A stretch of 64,000 bases of DNA from the human T2T-CHM13v2.0 reference genome, Homo sapiens, in NCBI RefSeq assembly GCF_009914755.1, contig NC_060932.1; one strand, 5' to 3'. The first letter of the stretch is position 1; each line of letters starts with the position of its first letter. This document shows, in pieces, positions 27,012 to 39,758 of the stretch. The notes below the pieces were generated by a model, which saw only the letters and a program-made list of their open reading frames with translations, searched no databases and was not told the origin of the DNA. A program made the position numbers and the translations under genes.

Positions 27012-28630
27012 AAGAATGAAAGGATAGAAGCAAATAAACCCATTTGGAGGCCACTACCGTAATAGAAATGAGAGGTAACAGTGGTTTGACCCAAGTGGTA
27101 GTAGTGAACATTAAGAAAAGTACATATATTTGAGATAAATTTGGAAAAATAACTGAAAGCATTTATTTACAGTAACGAAAAATGGGAAAGGATCAATAAT
27201 GCCTTCTGAGTTCTTTTCTTAAACAAGTGGGTATATGGCACTCATTTCTGAATTGGAGAAAAATGGGTTTATGATTGTGTAGGGGGTGAAATCAAGAATT
27301 CTGGTTTTGCTATGCTACATTTGAGACACAAATTAAACATGACCTTGGAGATAGCAAGTAGGCACTTGGATAAGTGAGCCTGGGGCCCAGGGGGGATGTC
27401 TGGAGCATCATCACCCTACAGGTGAGACATTGAAAGACACAGGCCTGGATACAAGCCCTTGGGGAGGACAGGAGAAGAGGCCAACAAGGTGACTTGAAAG
27501 GCAGGAGGAACGCTCAGCGGGGCGGTTCACAGAAGCCACGGAGGAAAATCTTTCCTAGGAGTGGGGCTTGTTCAATTATGTTGAATGCTGCTGAGAGGTC
27601 AAGGAAAATGAAGGCAGACAAGGGGAATATTAGATTTGCCAATGTGGTCACTCATGTGCTCGCCAGGACGCATTACGGAGCCAGGATTTTGGAGAGGTTT
27701 TGCCATGAAGAGGAGCAGAGAAACAGGATGGCAGTTGCAAAGAAATGGGGGGTCTTTTGCAAATGAAGGTAGTTGTAAAGAAGGAAGGGAGCTCTTTTTT
27801 CTTTATAGATGGGGAGTGAGTATGTGCTAATGAAAATTAGCTTGTCAGAGTGACTGAAATGAACACCTCACACTAAGACATGTAACTTACATCTACAAAA
27901 GCAAAGTGGAGAGTGGAGTAATTATTTACTGAGTGCCTTCCTTGTTTCTTGGAGACAAAATAATCACTTCACGGATAAACATTCCCAGGATTTCTGAGCT
28001 ATTTTGGAGCTTCGAGTGCTCCCATAAAAGTCACTCTGGCGAAGCCCTGGGCAGTAAAGGAGGATGCAGGGCCAGGTGAGGTAAGCTCCATTTCTGCAGA
28101 AGACTCCGTGCTCTCTCTCTGGAACACGGGCCGAGTACTTGGTTTCTACCAAGCATCAAGTTGTTTGATTTGCACTAGCAGCCCCTGAAGCAGGAATTTG
28201 GAGGAGAAAATATTTGGTCCAAATATTTAATGTAGAATGAGTAATGAATCTACCTAGAGGTTTTGGCGAGGGAGGAGTTGGTGTTGAAATTGGGAAACAG
28301 AGGCTGACTCTATCACTGACAGAAGAAAGGTGAGCCCTGGCACGGGGGTGGTGAATTTGTCTTTCAAGAGAACTTTATCTTATTTTTTCTTTCATACGGT
28401 TATGATCTTTCCAAAATAGGCATGTTACAAATCTTTCTGACCTTCCCTCTCCTTAGCATTATGGGTTTGTTTGCAGTTTCTAGGCCATGCCTTTTTAAAG
28501 GCTCAGTTTTTTTTTTTAAGTTTCTTTGGTAGGAGAAGATAAAGGAAAGGGAGAAGAAAGAGAACTAAAAAGACAAGAAGGGAAGAAGAGAGGAGGAGAG
28601 ACAGAGAGACAGAGCCCAAGAAGATATTTC

Positions 28631-28916
28631 TTTTATTTTTTTGAGACAGAGTTTCGCTCTTGTCGCCCAGGCTGGAGAACAGTGGCACGATCTCAGCTCA
28701 CTGTAACCTCTCCCTCCAGGGTTCAAGCGATTCTCCTGCCTAAGCCTCCTGAATAGCTGGAATTACAGGCGCCCGCCACCATGCCTGGTTAATTTTAGTA
28801 AAGTCGGGGTTTTGTCCTGTTGGCCAGGCTGGTCTCGAACTCCTGACCTCAGATGACCTGCCCGCCTTGGCCTCCCAAAGTGCTGGGATTACAGGCATGA
28901 GCCACCGTGCCCAGCC
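28631..28916 (-). mobile_element. AluS (Sp/Sq-like) element
   Basis: gagtttcgctcttgtcgcccagg diagnostic; flanks share ccaagaag. Confidence 0.9.
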
Positions 28917-30298
28917 CCAAGAAGCTAGTTCTTATTCTCTTGAAAAACTTATAATAAAATAACTACAAATCACTTTAAGGACATCTGAATTAAAGTGAGT
29001 TGTCTTGTAGCAATGTATCTTTTCCTTTCCTTTCCATTTTTCTTCACAATAAGAATCTGAACATGGTAATGGTCAAGATAGAGTAAGGGATAAAAATGGA
29101 AAAAAATAAAGAAAAAGCAATGTTCATCATACTGTTTATGTAATTGTTACATCTGAGTTTTTTCTATTTTGAAAAAAGGAATTGTTTTAGATAACATTTA
29201 TATCATGGAATTTACTTCTTTTTTAAAAAAAAGAACAAAAGAAGAAAATAGAGTCAAAGAAAAAATATAGTCTAATTCCAGTGACATTCATAATACAAAA
29301 TTCTAAATTATGAAATTTAGTCTCATAGACAAAATGTCCATCCACAGAAGAATGTTTGAATAAATTATGGTCCTCTGTAGAGTGACACGCCACGCTGTCA
29401 TTACCATGAATGAGGGGGACTTCCTTGTGCTGACAAGCAATGACAGGTACAGGTACTGCCTGGAATATGCATTCCTTGAGGGCAGGAATAGCCATGCCGG
29501 TAGTGTTTATTGCTCTAGCTCAGCAACTAGAAAACTGCCTTGCACACAATAAGTATTCAATAAATATTTGCTTCATGAACAGAAAGGATCACAGATCAAT
29601 ATAGCATGATTTCACTTTGGCAAAAAGCAAAACAAAATACATCATATAAATGTGATTAGCTCCGGTCTGATATATGTGTTTGTATATTTTATAACAGATA
29701 AGTTTTTGTTACTTCTGAATTTAAAAATAAAAATATAATTAGCATTAAAGAAAATATAATCCTCATAAACACTCCAGAATCAATAGAAGGGTAGCCTAAG
29801 ATCCAGAGGGTCTTAAGAATTCTGAGAGTCACGTCAGTCTCTAACCGTGATCCTAACTGCCTGGTCACCCACACACAAAAAGAATAAAGGCTGAGCCAGC
29901 TGGTAAAGAGGCAGAGCTCAGAGAAAATCCACACTGAGCAGGGAAAAGTTGAAGGATATGACTTCTAGTGGGATGGGTGAATGCTGTGTGATCTCAACGA
30001 TAGCATAGCTGTACATTTGAAAACTTGGTTTGGGTTCCCTAAAAAGAGGGGACAGTCAACCTGAAATAACAGGTCTCCTGCTGGAGCCAGAGGAGCCTAG
30101 CAGCTGGCAGGGAAGCTTCAGAGCATGAAGACTGTATCCAGCAGTGGCCGGGGCACCAGGTTAGGAGGCACTTTCTGCTCTAGTCAGTGGGAAGAGACTG
30201 GGGCTTTCTCAGAATAAAAACCACCTGGAGGGTGGGGTAGGGTGGTGACTAGTGTCAAATCAGACTCCTGGGAAACATGAAAATGTGGCCTGTACTAA

Positions 30299-30608
<310 letters not shown>

Positions 30609-31231
30609 TATAATTACCTTTTAGATTGTAATCTAGGCTGCTCGTTTTTATGATGGTTTTTGTGACTGAAAAATAACAATTAGAGAAGACAGCACTCCTC
30701 ACTGCTCCCTAAATATTCCCTGAGCTTTTAAGACTCTGCTTTTACCCACAGTGATCTCTCTTTTTGCCATTTTATGCTTTGCTTCTCAAACTCCTACACA
30801 ACCTTCAAAACCTTGCTTATGTGCCAGCTCTTGAGTGGGGCATTTTCTGGTTTTCTTAGCAAAAAGATCTCTCTTCTAGATGCCCACAACACTGGAGTCA
30901 TGGTTCTATTGTGGAGCTTACTCTTTTTGACATTTAGAGATGCTAAACTCCTCAGGACAGGAATGTTTTCTTCATCTAACCAAGCTATTTAATAGAGTAC
31001 TGAGTACTTTTCTAGTTGCTTTATTTCCCCAACTACTAAGATAGTGCCATGCTCTCAATATATTTCATAAATGAGAGAATTATTCACTTGTTCTGTTCTC
31101 ATAATTTCTACCAAATTCCAACAAATGCTTACTAAGCAAATGCTAGGAGTGCAGGGGACTATATTGTTCCTGCCTTCATAGGGTTTACAGTCTTGGGGAA
31201 TCAGGTAACCAAATAAGAAATTTTAAAACTA

Positions 31232-31288
31232 GGCTAGGCATGGTGGCTCGTGACTGTAATCCCAGCACTTTGGGAGGCCAAAGCAAGC
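31232..31288 (+). mobile_element. 57-nt tailless Alu 5' fragment with TSD
   Basis: Only about the first 57 Alu bases, flanked by AAGAAATTTTAAAAC at 31215-31229 and 31289-31303. Confidence 0.85.
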
Positions 31289-34200
31289 AAGAAATTTTAA
31301 AACCAGATAATGTGGAAAGCATAAAGATGGGGGCACCTAACCTGGACATTGAAATTAATCCTTCAGCTTCTTACTCTGATCTATAAATATACTTATTTGT
31401 AGTCACATCCAGTCTTATTTCTTTTCTTCTAATTTATGTATCTTTTTTGGTCTACCTCAGTCTTGTTAATACTTCTGCACTATTGTTATTATCTTTCTCT
31501 CCCTCAGTCTCTCTGTTTTATTCTTTGCTGTTTACTTCTCAGTTCAAAAACTTTATCAAATACCTGCCACTTGATAAACACCTGATTTTCACTGTAAATG
31601 CAATATTTGTTTTTATTCTATTATCTGTTCCCCATCCCAGTTAAACCCTTTAAAAAAGTTGTCTATACTTTGTTACCTCTCACTCATGTCCCAGTTGATG
31701 AGAGGTTGATACATCCCATCTCTTGCTCACCACCAATTTGCTGCAATTGTTTCTGCTGCAGCTGTTTCTGCTGAAGATGACTGATAACCTAATGGTCTGA
31801 TCCTTGAGCACTGTTTAATGCACATTTTACTTAATCTTGCGGTGATACCTAAACCTCTTGGCTACCTACTTCTTGAAACTCTTTTCCTTTGGAAGTGGAG
31901 ACATTGTCACACCTGGGTCTCATGCTTTATTCCTGAATGCTCATTCTCAGGTGTCTTCATTTCCTTTTCCTGCCTCCTCTTGCTATACCTCAGAGTCCTT
32001 CTCCTAGTCCTCTAATTTTCTTCCCCATGCACTCCCCACTAGTAATATTATCAAAACCCTCCACTTCTGCTGGTCACCATCTTAGAATTTTCTTTAGGGC
32101 TCCAGACTTTTGTCTAAAATTCAACAAAGCTTAAAATGAACTAATTAACTTGACCCCCTGCCCTTCTCCCCAATCCTGCTATTCCATATTATTCATTCAG
32201 TGGAGATTTAGACACAATCCTTCCCCTTCACCTTCCATTTATAGTTGGTGTCTAGACCCATCTGTTCTAGCCCCAAATCTCACACATGTCATTTATCAGT
32301 TCTTCACTTAGACTGCAGCAGTGTCCTTCAAAGCAGGCAGACTCCAGTCACTCCTGCCCCCTCCCTGTCCAACACAGAAATAGGAAGACTTTCTAAATTA
32401 TAAATTTGATCATAACACTTCCTTGCTGAAAACCCTCCACTGGCTCTGCAAGATCTTTAGAAATTGCAAAATGGTAGCCCATGATCCATATTCACCTATG
32501 TACACATGCTATTTGTCCCACAGAATTTAAAAGCTGAATTTTTAAAATTCAGAATATGTTTCGTGATGGCACACATATCCAGTTCTAGAGTTCCCTCTGT
32601 TGTCTTCTATCCAGGTGGTCTCACTCTTTACATTACTTGCCTAGTTCCTGTATGGACCCTTGAGCTCATGGAAGAAGTTCTGAGCATGGCATAGGAAGTC
32701 TTGCATAACCTGACCTGCCTGCCTTTCTGTCTCATTTCATGCTTTTAACTCAAATTTGCTGATGCCAAGGCTCATGTTTATCTACTACACCGCACTAATT
32801 AATGTTACTTCTTTTCTTCCTTGGGCTTATGAAATGTGAGAAGCCAATGCAAATAAGACATGGAACAACAAACTCAAATTACAAGGTAGGAGTGTATGTG
32901 GGGTGGGTGTGAATGAAAGGGACTGGGACACAGGTGAGTAAAAGTAGTACTGTGGAAATCCCATCCAGATGGGATAATTTATTACCCCATTTATTTCAGT
33001 GTCAGGGTTAAGGCAGTAAAACAATTGATTTTTCTAATCCCTGTGTATCATTCATTTTTGTAGCCTAAGCACAATTCCTGATCCTTTGTAGGCATTTAAA
33101 GATGCTTACTGAATAAACATGTTTTGGCGAAGGCTTGCAAAAGGCTGAATGTCCTATCACTTCCAGGCCTCAGCTTCTTTTCTTTCTGCCTCCTTCAGTG
33201 AATCTACTGGATGTTCAGGGTATACTCTTGGTATCAGTATATCCCCTTTTGGCGTAACCCCAAATCATCCCAATATCACAAAAAGAATATGCAAAATAGT
33301 AAAAAGTATAGATATAGTAAATTCAGAAAGAGGATAAATAGGAAAATAAAAAAGGAAATTCTTTCTCCTCCTCCTTACTTTGCTACCATCTGAACACAAG
33401 TTAAACCTATTATGTAGACATAAATAATATTATGGCTAAGACTAATGACATGGGACCAGTAAATATAGAGTCAGCAACTACAATTTCCAGGGACTGTGGA
33501 GGCATCATTCCACATCCACCTTGCCCCATGGTCACTGGTTTAAACAGCCTGGCTGGCCACCGTTTCTACCATCTTTGATCCTTATTCATCTTGTGATGCT
33601 ACTTTGGGCATACCCCTCATACTCCTCATACCAAATCCCCAAATACACACAGACCACAAAGAAGTGAGGCTCAGCCTTCAGTGTGCACAAGAGTTATCTG
33701 GAAAGCCTGTAAAATGCAGATTCCTGAGCCCTTTCATTTCAAGACAATAGTTTTGGGGTAAGGCCATTGTATCTGAATTTTAAACAAGTTTTACTGAGGA
33801 TTCAAAAGCAGGCAAACACCATACTCTAAAATTGGAAAACATTCTCATAAAGACAGGTGTTTTAGAACCTGAAAGATTTTCAGGTTAAGTACCTTAATTT
33901 GCTTTCAGACATAGTCCAATTCCATCATGTTTACTTTTCACCATTCCTACTGCTAAGAATTGTTGATTAAATGGCAAAAATTTTGCTCTTGGCAAATTGC
34001 AGTTACCACATTCTCAAAGAAATACTGCCTATATGCCTTTCGTTTATAATCTATTTCATTAGGTACATGCTTCTGTGGTGAGGCTGCTAAGCATTTGAAA
34101 TATTTATTATACTACATTTCCTAGGTCTCATTAAAGTGATACTAAATTGATAGGGTCTTTTTTTTTAAATTCACAGGAGGGTAGCAGTCATTCAACTGTA

Positions 34201-37200
34201 GTATAATTTGGAATTGCAGCTCACTTCACTTTAAGCAGTTCATCTCAGTTCTAATCATTATGTTCAAAGCTTCACTCTATCCAGATGCCAAGTTTCCCCA
34301 ACTGTACAAAAGCACAGGAGAAATATTTCTGTTTGGCAAGGCCTGGCAAATTTTTGGAGGCGTTGTCATGCCTCAACAGGGCACCAGTCAGGTTATAATT
34401 TGCCTTAATTGCTTGTGCCACAAACAGCAACAATGATTACCTCTAGGTCATTGGCACTCAAAGAAAGATTTCTTCCCAGCTACTGTAAATAACAAAATAC
34501 TTTCTGCAAACACCTTACTTGGGATTAGACTGCAAAGAATCTCAGATTTTGACCATTTAAAAAAATTGACCTGGTACATGTATTTAATGCGTTAAGTCGC
34601 ACACTTGCCTGTGTATCTGTGTGTGCACATTAGAAACATGAAAATAACTCAGATAAATTACTGTTCTCCCATAAAACAACTAGTCTTCTATCTGCATAAT
34701 TTGTTCCACCTGCCATGTTTACAAGGCGCCCCAAGGAGAACTAGCTTAAAAGCCAGCAATCCATCTGCCTCTCAGTTCTAAGGGGGTAATTATTGCCTCA
34801 ACTAAGCAAAGAGGAATGCACGGCATGCTGCTAACCATGTCAGGTGACTGATGTATGTGCCTGACACACTCACCTAGGTCATCGGCTTTTCTAACAGTGG
34901 CTAGGGTCATGGTACAGTAACAAACACAATTCACTACTTACAGAAAAGGGGGAGAAAAATGGATAGAGGCTACATTCAATGGGCCAAACCCAGAACACAA
35001 ACCAACAATGTGGGCTTTATCACTTCTTGTGTTAAAAACAAGAAACATGGGGGAGAAAAGACAGGTTGACTTTATGCCAAAACGCTGGTTTAAACAAACA
35101 AACAAACAAACAAAAAACTTTTTTTTTAAAAGGGGACAGGAAAGGAGGTGTTTTGTTTCTATTAACTTCCTATTAACTGTACTTCCTTACGTATTTTTAA
35201 AATAAAGCATTAATTAATATTTATTAATAATGTACAATGTTCTACTTGCTGTGCACATAAAATAGGGCCTGACCTCTAATACTGTATAAACTTAACTGTC
35301 TCCAACTAAGGTCATAGCGACCAAGACTGAGTACAAACTGTGAGGAATACTGTTTGAAGACTAGAATGATGTCCAAGCACAAAAACACTCATGTGCTGAT
35401 GAAATGCACAAAACACATGCAGATCTTCAAAGAAATTTCGCTAAGAAGAAGCGATTAAAAAAAACAAAGCTCTTTGGGGACACACCCCAAATGAATTGCA
35501 AAAGGTCACACACAACTTCTTCCCTCTGAAATGAGGCAGAGACAACATACAAATTAGCATATAGAATATCAAGTCATTAAATGTTCCTTGCCAAAGCTCC
35601 CATGGGAAAGCAAGAGGGAGGCAGTGGAGTGCGGAGGGAAAACAGAAAGTGGGTAAAAATGGACAGATCACTTTGGAAATAGTTCTATTCTTTTCATTTC
35701 ACAGGCCGGTAAAATTATAAGAAAAACTTGAGGGTGGAGTAGAGAAAACATCAACATTGAGTTGACATTTGTTTTGCTGAAGTATAGCTACCATCCACTA
35801 TCATGAATTTTTGTTTCATTACAAATGATAGAAAAGCCAGATTCTCAAAATAAAGTATAATTCTTTGTATTAAATAAATGTTTATAAATGTTTATGAAGC
35901 TCATTACATTATCTTTTTTAAAAAAGTAAAAATTTTAGAACATATGACGCTTTTCATAATTAATGCTTTTGATATAGATTTGAGGAAAGAGTCTCCAGTT
36001 TGCAGTTCTGAAAATGTAATTTTCAAATTAAATTTCATTGCATTTGAGGTGACACCTTCCTCTATAATTTCATTACCAGATTGTAAGAATTCCCTTAACT
36101 AGGCATGGCCCCTTTTACATGAGTGAATGTGATGATTTATAAAGAAGAGAAGCTAATACAGGAGGATTACTGGAAGGTTGCGAAGCTATGATGACAATAG
36201 ATCCCTTTAAATTATTTTAGCTTTGTTCTAGTAAAGGATGGTATTTTTTAATATTTGTATGCACCTTGTTCTCTGACTTAACTGCCGTGATTAAACAACG
36301 AACACACCTTCTGGCCTCAGTGTTGGAGTGGCTGGATTAAAACGAGCGATTTCCCCCTGCTGGTTGGACATGTCTTACATTCTCTATCTCACTGCCTCCA
36401 GCGTTAACACTCCCTGTAGTACCAAACCCATTTATTTTCCACCCACCAACCGGCCTCCTAAAGCATCATTAACATGCCCCCAAAGGCCTTGCTGCTGTCA
36501 ATTTTAGCCTACACAGCACTCAAAAGCCTTTGTGGGGTTTATCAGAGTTCTGTAGGAAAGGAAGAGAAAGGCATTAGACTCAAACCTTGGGGAACTGACA
36601 GCACAGGAAGATGAAGAGAGATGAGGGAGAGGCCCAGGAATGGAGGAAATCCTATCTGCAGGCAGGGTGCAAGGCTCAAGATTGAAAGGTTGTTCAGAGA
36701 CACCCATAATTATATGCTTCTGCCACTCAATTTTCATCTAGTTAATAGCAAAAAGATCAATATCTACTTTCGATTTTCATGTACAGCATTATAGCCTTAG
36801 CCAGAGACAGGTCTCCTAGGAAGGAGGATGATTCAGGAAGTGGGTCCGGGGAAGAATGATTCATAACCAAAATCAATAATCATATTGGTTTGCCTTCATA
36901 TATTCTAAAATATATTTGGGGTTTTCCTTTTTTTTGTTGTTGTTTTGAACAACTTTTTCTTTTTTTCTGATAACACTACTCACCCTGAAATCCCTCACAG
37001 AGGAATTGATTACAGGGAGAGAATACCAGGAATAAATGTGGAACTGAGTTATGTACACAAAGCTCTGTCAGTTTGAAATGACGTGCCCAGAGTTCATCCA
37101 CACTCACCAGGGTGAGCTCTGGGCTCCAAAACAGAGTTAAAGTAAACAGCATTACATTCTGCAAATATGACTCTAGATTCTAGGAATACTAACTGTGATA

Positions 37201-37914
37201 GCTTCTCAGTTATCCTTTTGTTTTCTTCTTGGGGGAATAGTAGGCAAAGCAGCAGTGGGTTTCCATCTTAAACTAGATTCATGTGATTCAAATATAAAGA
37301 AATAAGTTTTAAAACATAATATTTTGATAGGGTTTTTTTTTTCAGAATCAAGCAGACAATTTGATTAGCAAATTGTTAGCAAAAAATTAGTTAGCAAAAA
37401 AAAAAAAAAAAAAAGTAGGCAGTGCAGAATTTCCAACATACAACTTATGCAGAGGACAGAATAACTTTGTGGAAGTATGTAATAAATCCAAAGCTGCATT
37501 TATAAAATCCTTGAAAAATGTAGCTGTGAGCCCTAAATGCAGTGGAATGTTAGGTCCTGCTAAATTAGAGCATTAATCATAGCATCCTGATTCATGTGTT
37601 TCTTCTCATACATGTGTTAATCTTCAAGTTCCATGTTCCCTAAATAAGTTCTAAAACATTATCCACTGTGAAACATTCTTCACTAGTCATAAGACAGTCA
37701 CTCCTTTAAATTTTACCCAAATTCCTAATACTTCTCAAGTAACTCCTTCTAAGTCATGTGCTTCAATGGGAATAAAAAGCTCTGTCAAATGATAATGGTG
37801 GCACCTTCAGGAACTATCAAGAGATTTGTGCCCTTACCAAACATGCTCACAACTTTAAGGAAACTTTCTTAATCACGTGCCCAAACAGACATCCATAGTT
37901 CCTTGTATTAAGAA

Positions 37915-38160
37915 CCATCATTTATTAAGCACTTCTGTAAGCCAGGTACCGTGTAAGGTGAACATTTAGGTACTGGTCTCATTCAACTTCACAGCCACTC
38001 TACAAGGCAAGTATTATAATCTCATTTTATGGATGTAACAACTAAGGCTTAAGGAGGTTAAGCAACTTGCTGAAGGTCACACAGTATGTAAGTGGTGAAA
38101 GGGCCAGGGATTCCAGCCCTTCAGGCTTGACAGATCACAAAGCCTGGGCTCTTCCCTACT
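37915..38160 (-). mobile_element. MIR
   Basis: Reverse core aactaaggctt..gaggttaagcaacttgc..aaggtcacacag. Confidence 0.7.
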
Positions 38161-38352
38161 AAACCATAAGGCCAGGCCAGCCTTAGGCTATAACTCTCCT
38201 TGATCTTGACCTCATTTATTAGGAATTGCTTTATCTTTGGGGAATTTTATAATTAGAGGTACACAGGCTTCTAGAAGTTGCTAGTATAAAATTCAATCCA
38301 ATATTTTTTCTACATTTAACAAAGGAATGCATCTTTAAAAACAGTCATAGAA

Positions 38353-39035
38353 TGGCAGTAATTAAAAGATCAGGAATGGACAGATGCTGGAGAGGATGTG
38401 GAGAAATAGGAACGTTTTTACACTGTTGGTGGGAGTGTAAATTAGTTCAACCATTGTGGAAGACAGTGTGGCGATTCCTCAAGGATCTAGAACCAGAAAT
38501 ACCATTTGACCTAGCAATCCCATTACTGGGTATGTATCCAAAGAATTATAAATCATTCCACTATAAAGACACATGGACACGTATGTTTATTGCAGCACTG
38601 TTCACAATAGCAAAGACTTGGAACCAACCCAAATGCCCATCAATGATAGACTGGATAAAGAAAATGTGGCACATATACACCAAGGAATACTATGCAGCCA
38701 CAGAAAAGGATGAATTCATGTCCTTTGCAGGGACATGGATGAAGCTGGAAACCATCATTCTCAGCAAACTAAACAGAGGAACAGAAAACCAAATACCGCA
38801 TGTTCTCACTCATAAGTGGAAGTTGAACACATGGACACAGGGAGGGGAACATCACATACCAGGGCCTGTCAGGGGGTGGGGGCTAGGAGAGGGATAGCAT
38901 TAGGAGAAATACCTAATGTAGATGATGGGTTGATGGGTGCAGCAAACCACCATGGCATGTGTATACTTATGTAACAAACCTGCATGTTCTGCACGTGTAT
39001 CCCAGAAATTAAAGTATAATAAAACAAAGGAAAAA
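38353..39035 (+). mobile_element. 5'-truncated LINE-1 (L1PA7/8-like)
   Basis: ORF 38352-38897 is L1 ORF2 C-terminus. 3'UTR gggatagcattaggagaaatacctaatgtagatgatgggttgatgg. TSD core AGTCATAGAA at 38343-38352 and 39036-39045. Confidence 0.9.
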
Positions 39036-39303
39036 AGTCATAGAAACAAGAAGTTAGATTTTACATTCGAAATTATAAGCTAGAATAACATATGAAAATT
39101 CAGGTGTGAGATTCCAATAAACTGAACTATATGAAACTGCTGTGTTTGTAGGTCACAACAGCCAGAAATGTACCACCTTCTACAATTCATCCTAATAGTA
39201 GAAGTGTAGTTCTAGGCTATAAGGGACCCAGTATGGGCCCATTCACAATGCACCTGCAGTGCACACGCTTCACGCCTCTGGTGGCCTCCCGAGGGTACTG
39301 TAC

Positions 39304-39508
39304 CTGAGCAGAAGCTGTTGCTGCTAACGGTCCTCGCTGAGCGCCCAGAGCTGCTGGGGTTGAACTCTCTGCTCTCTTCCTCAGAGAAAGGAGACTCAGA
39401 GGCTGGGGACACTTTGTGCTGTTGTTGGGGCATATGGGGCCGAAGAATCAACCGGGGAATTCGGCTTCGAGAAATCTCCTTGTCATGATGCTGCACTCTG
39501 TGCTCCTT
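39304..39508 (-). CDS. SYBU: Syntabulin coding exon 2 (KEHRVQHHDKEISRSRIPRLILRPHMPQQQHKVSPASESPFSEEESREFNPSSSGRSARTVSSNSFCS), phase 0-1
   Basis: T-rich tract then ttttGAG|AAG|GAG tandem acceptor; donor TCAG|GTACAG at 39304/39303; 205 nt (202 with the distal AG). The peptide matches syntabulin and contains SRIP. Confidence 0.95.
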
Positions 39509-39722
39509 CTCAAAATTGGACATCAAAAAAGAAAACAAAAGGAAACGCGTTTCCCTCTCTTAACTCCTGTCGGTTCCTTCAAGGATCAATTTCTAAGAAA
39601 TCACATTTCTGAGTATTGAGTCTTCACAGAGTAGTCCTTCTTATCTCAGTTGCTGAAATGAGCTTCAAAACTCTTCCAATGAGTTAACCTTTCTAATCTA
39701 CTGAATAGCACATGTCTGTGTG

Positions 39723-39723
<1 letters not shown>

Positions 39724-39749
<26 letters not shown>
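39724..39749. repeat. (CA)13 microsatellite
   Basis: Perfect CA run ~215 nt upstream (SYBU sense) of the exon 2 acceptor. Confidence 0.95.

Positions 39750-39758
<9 letters not shown>

Noticed and set aside
26139-27162. ORFs of 157, 74 and 167 aa, and 38352-38897 (181 aa)
   Set aside because: These are L1 ORF2 C-terminal remnants or their antisense frames in truncated elements, with no promoter or RT domain.
36351-36364. CTCF-like CCAGCAGGGGGAA (minus), and a similar partial match at ~39272-39286
   Set aside because: Both miss key 3' core positions, so they are not supportable without ChIP data.
39212-39303. ORF extension GTVPSGGHQRREACALQ... after exon 2
   Set aside because: Read-through into the intron past the GTACAG donor; the real frame continues in exon 3.
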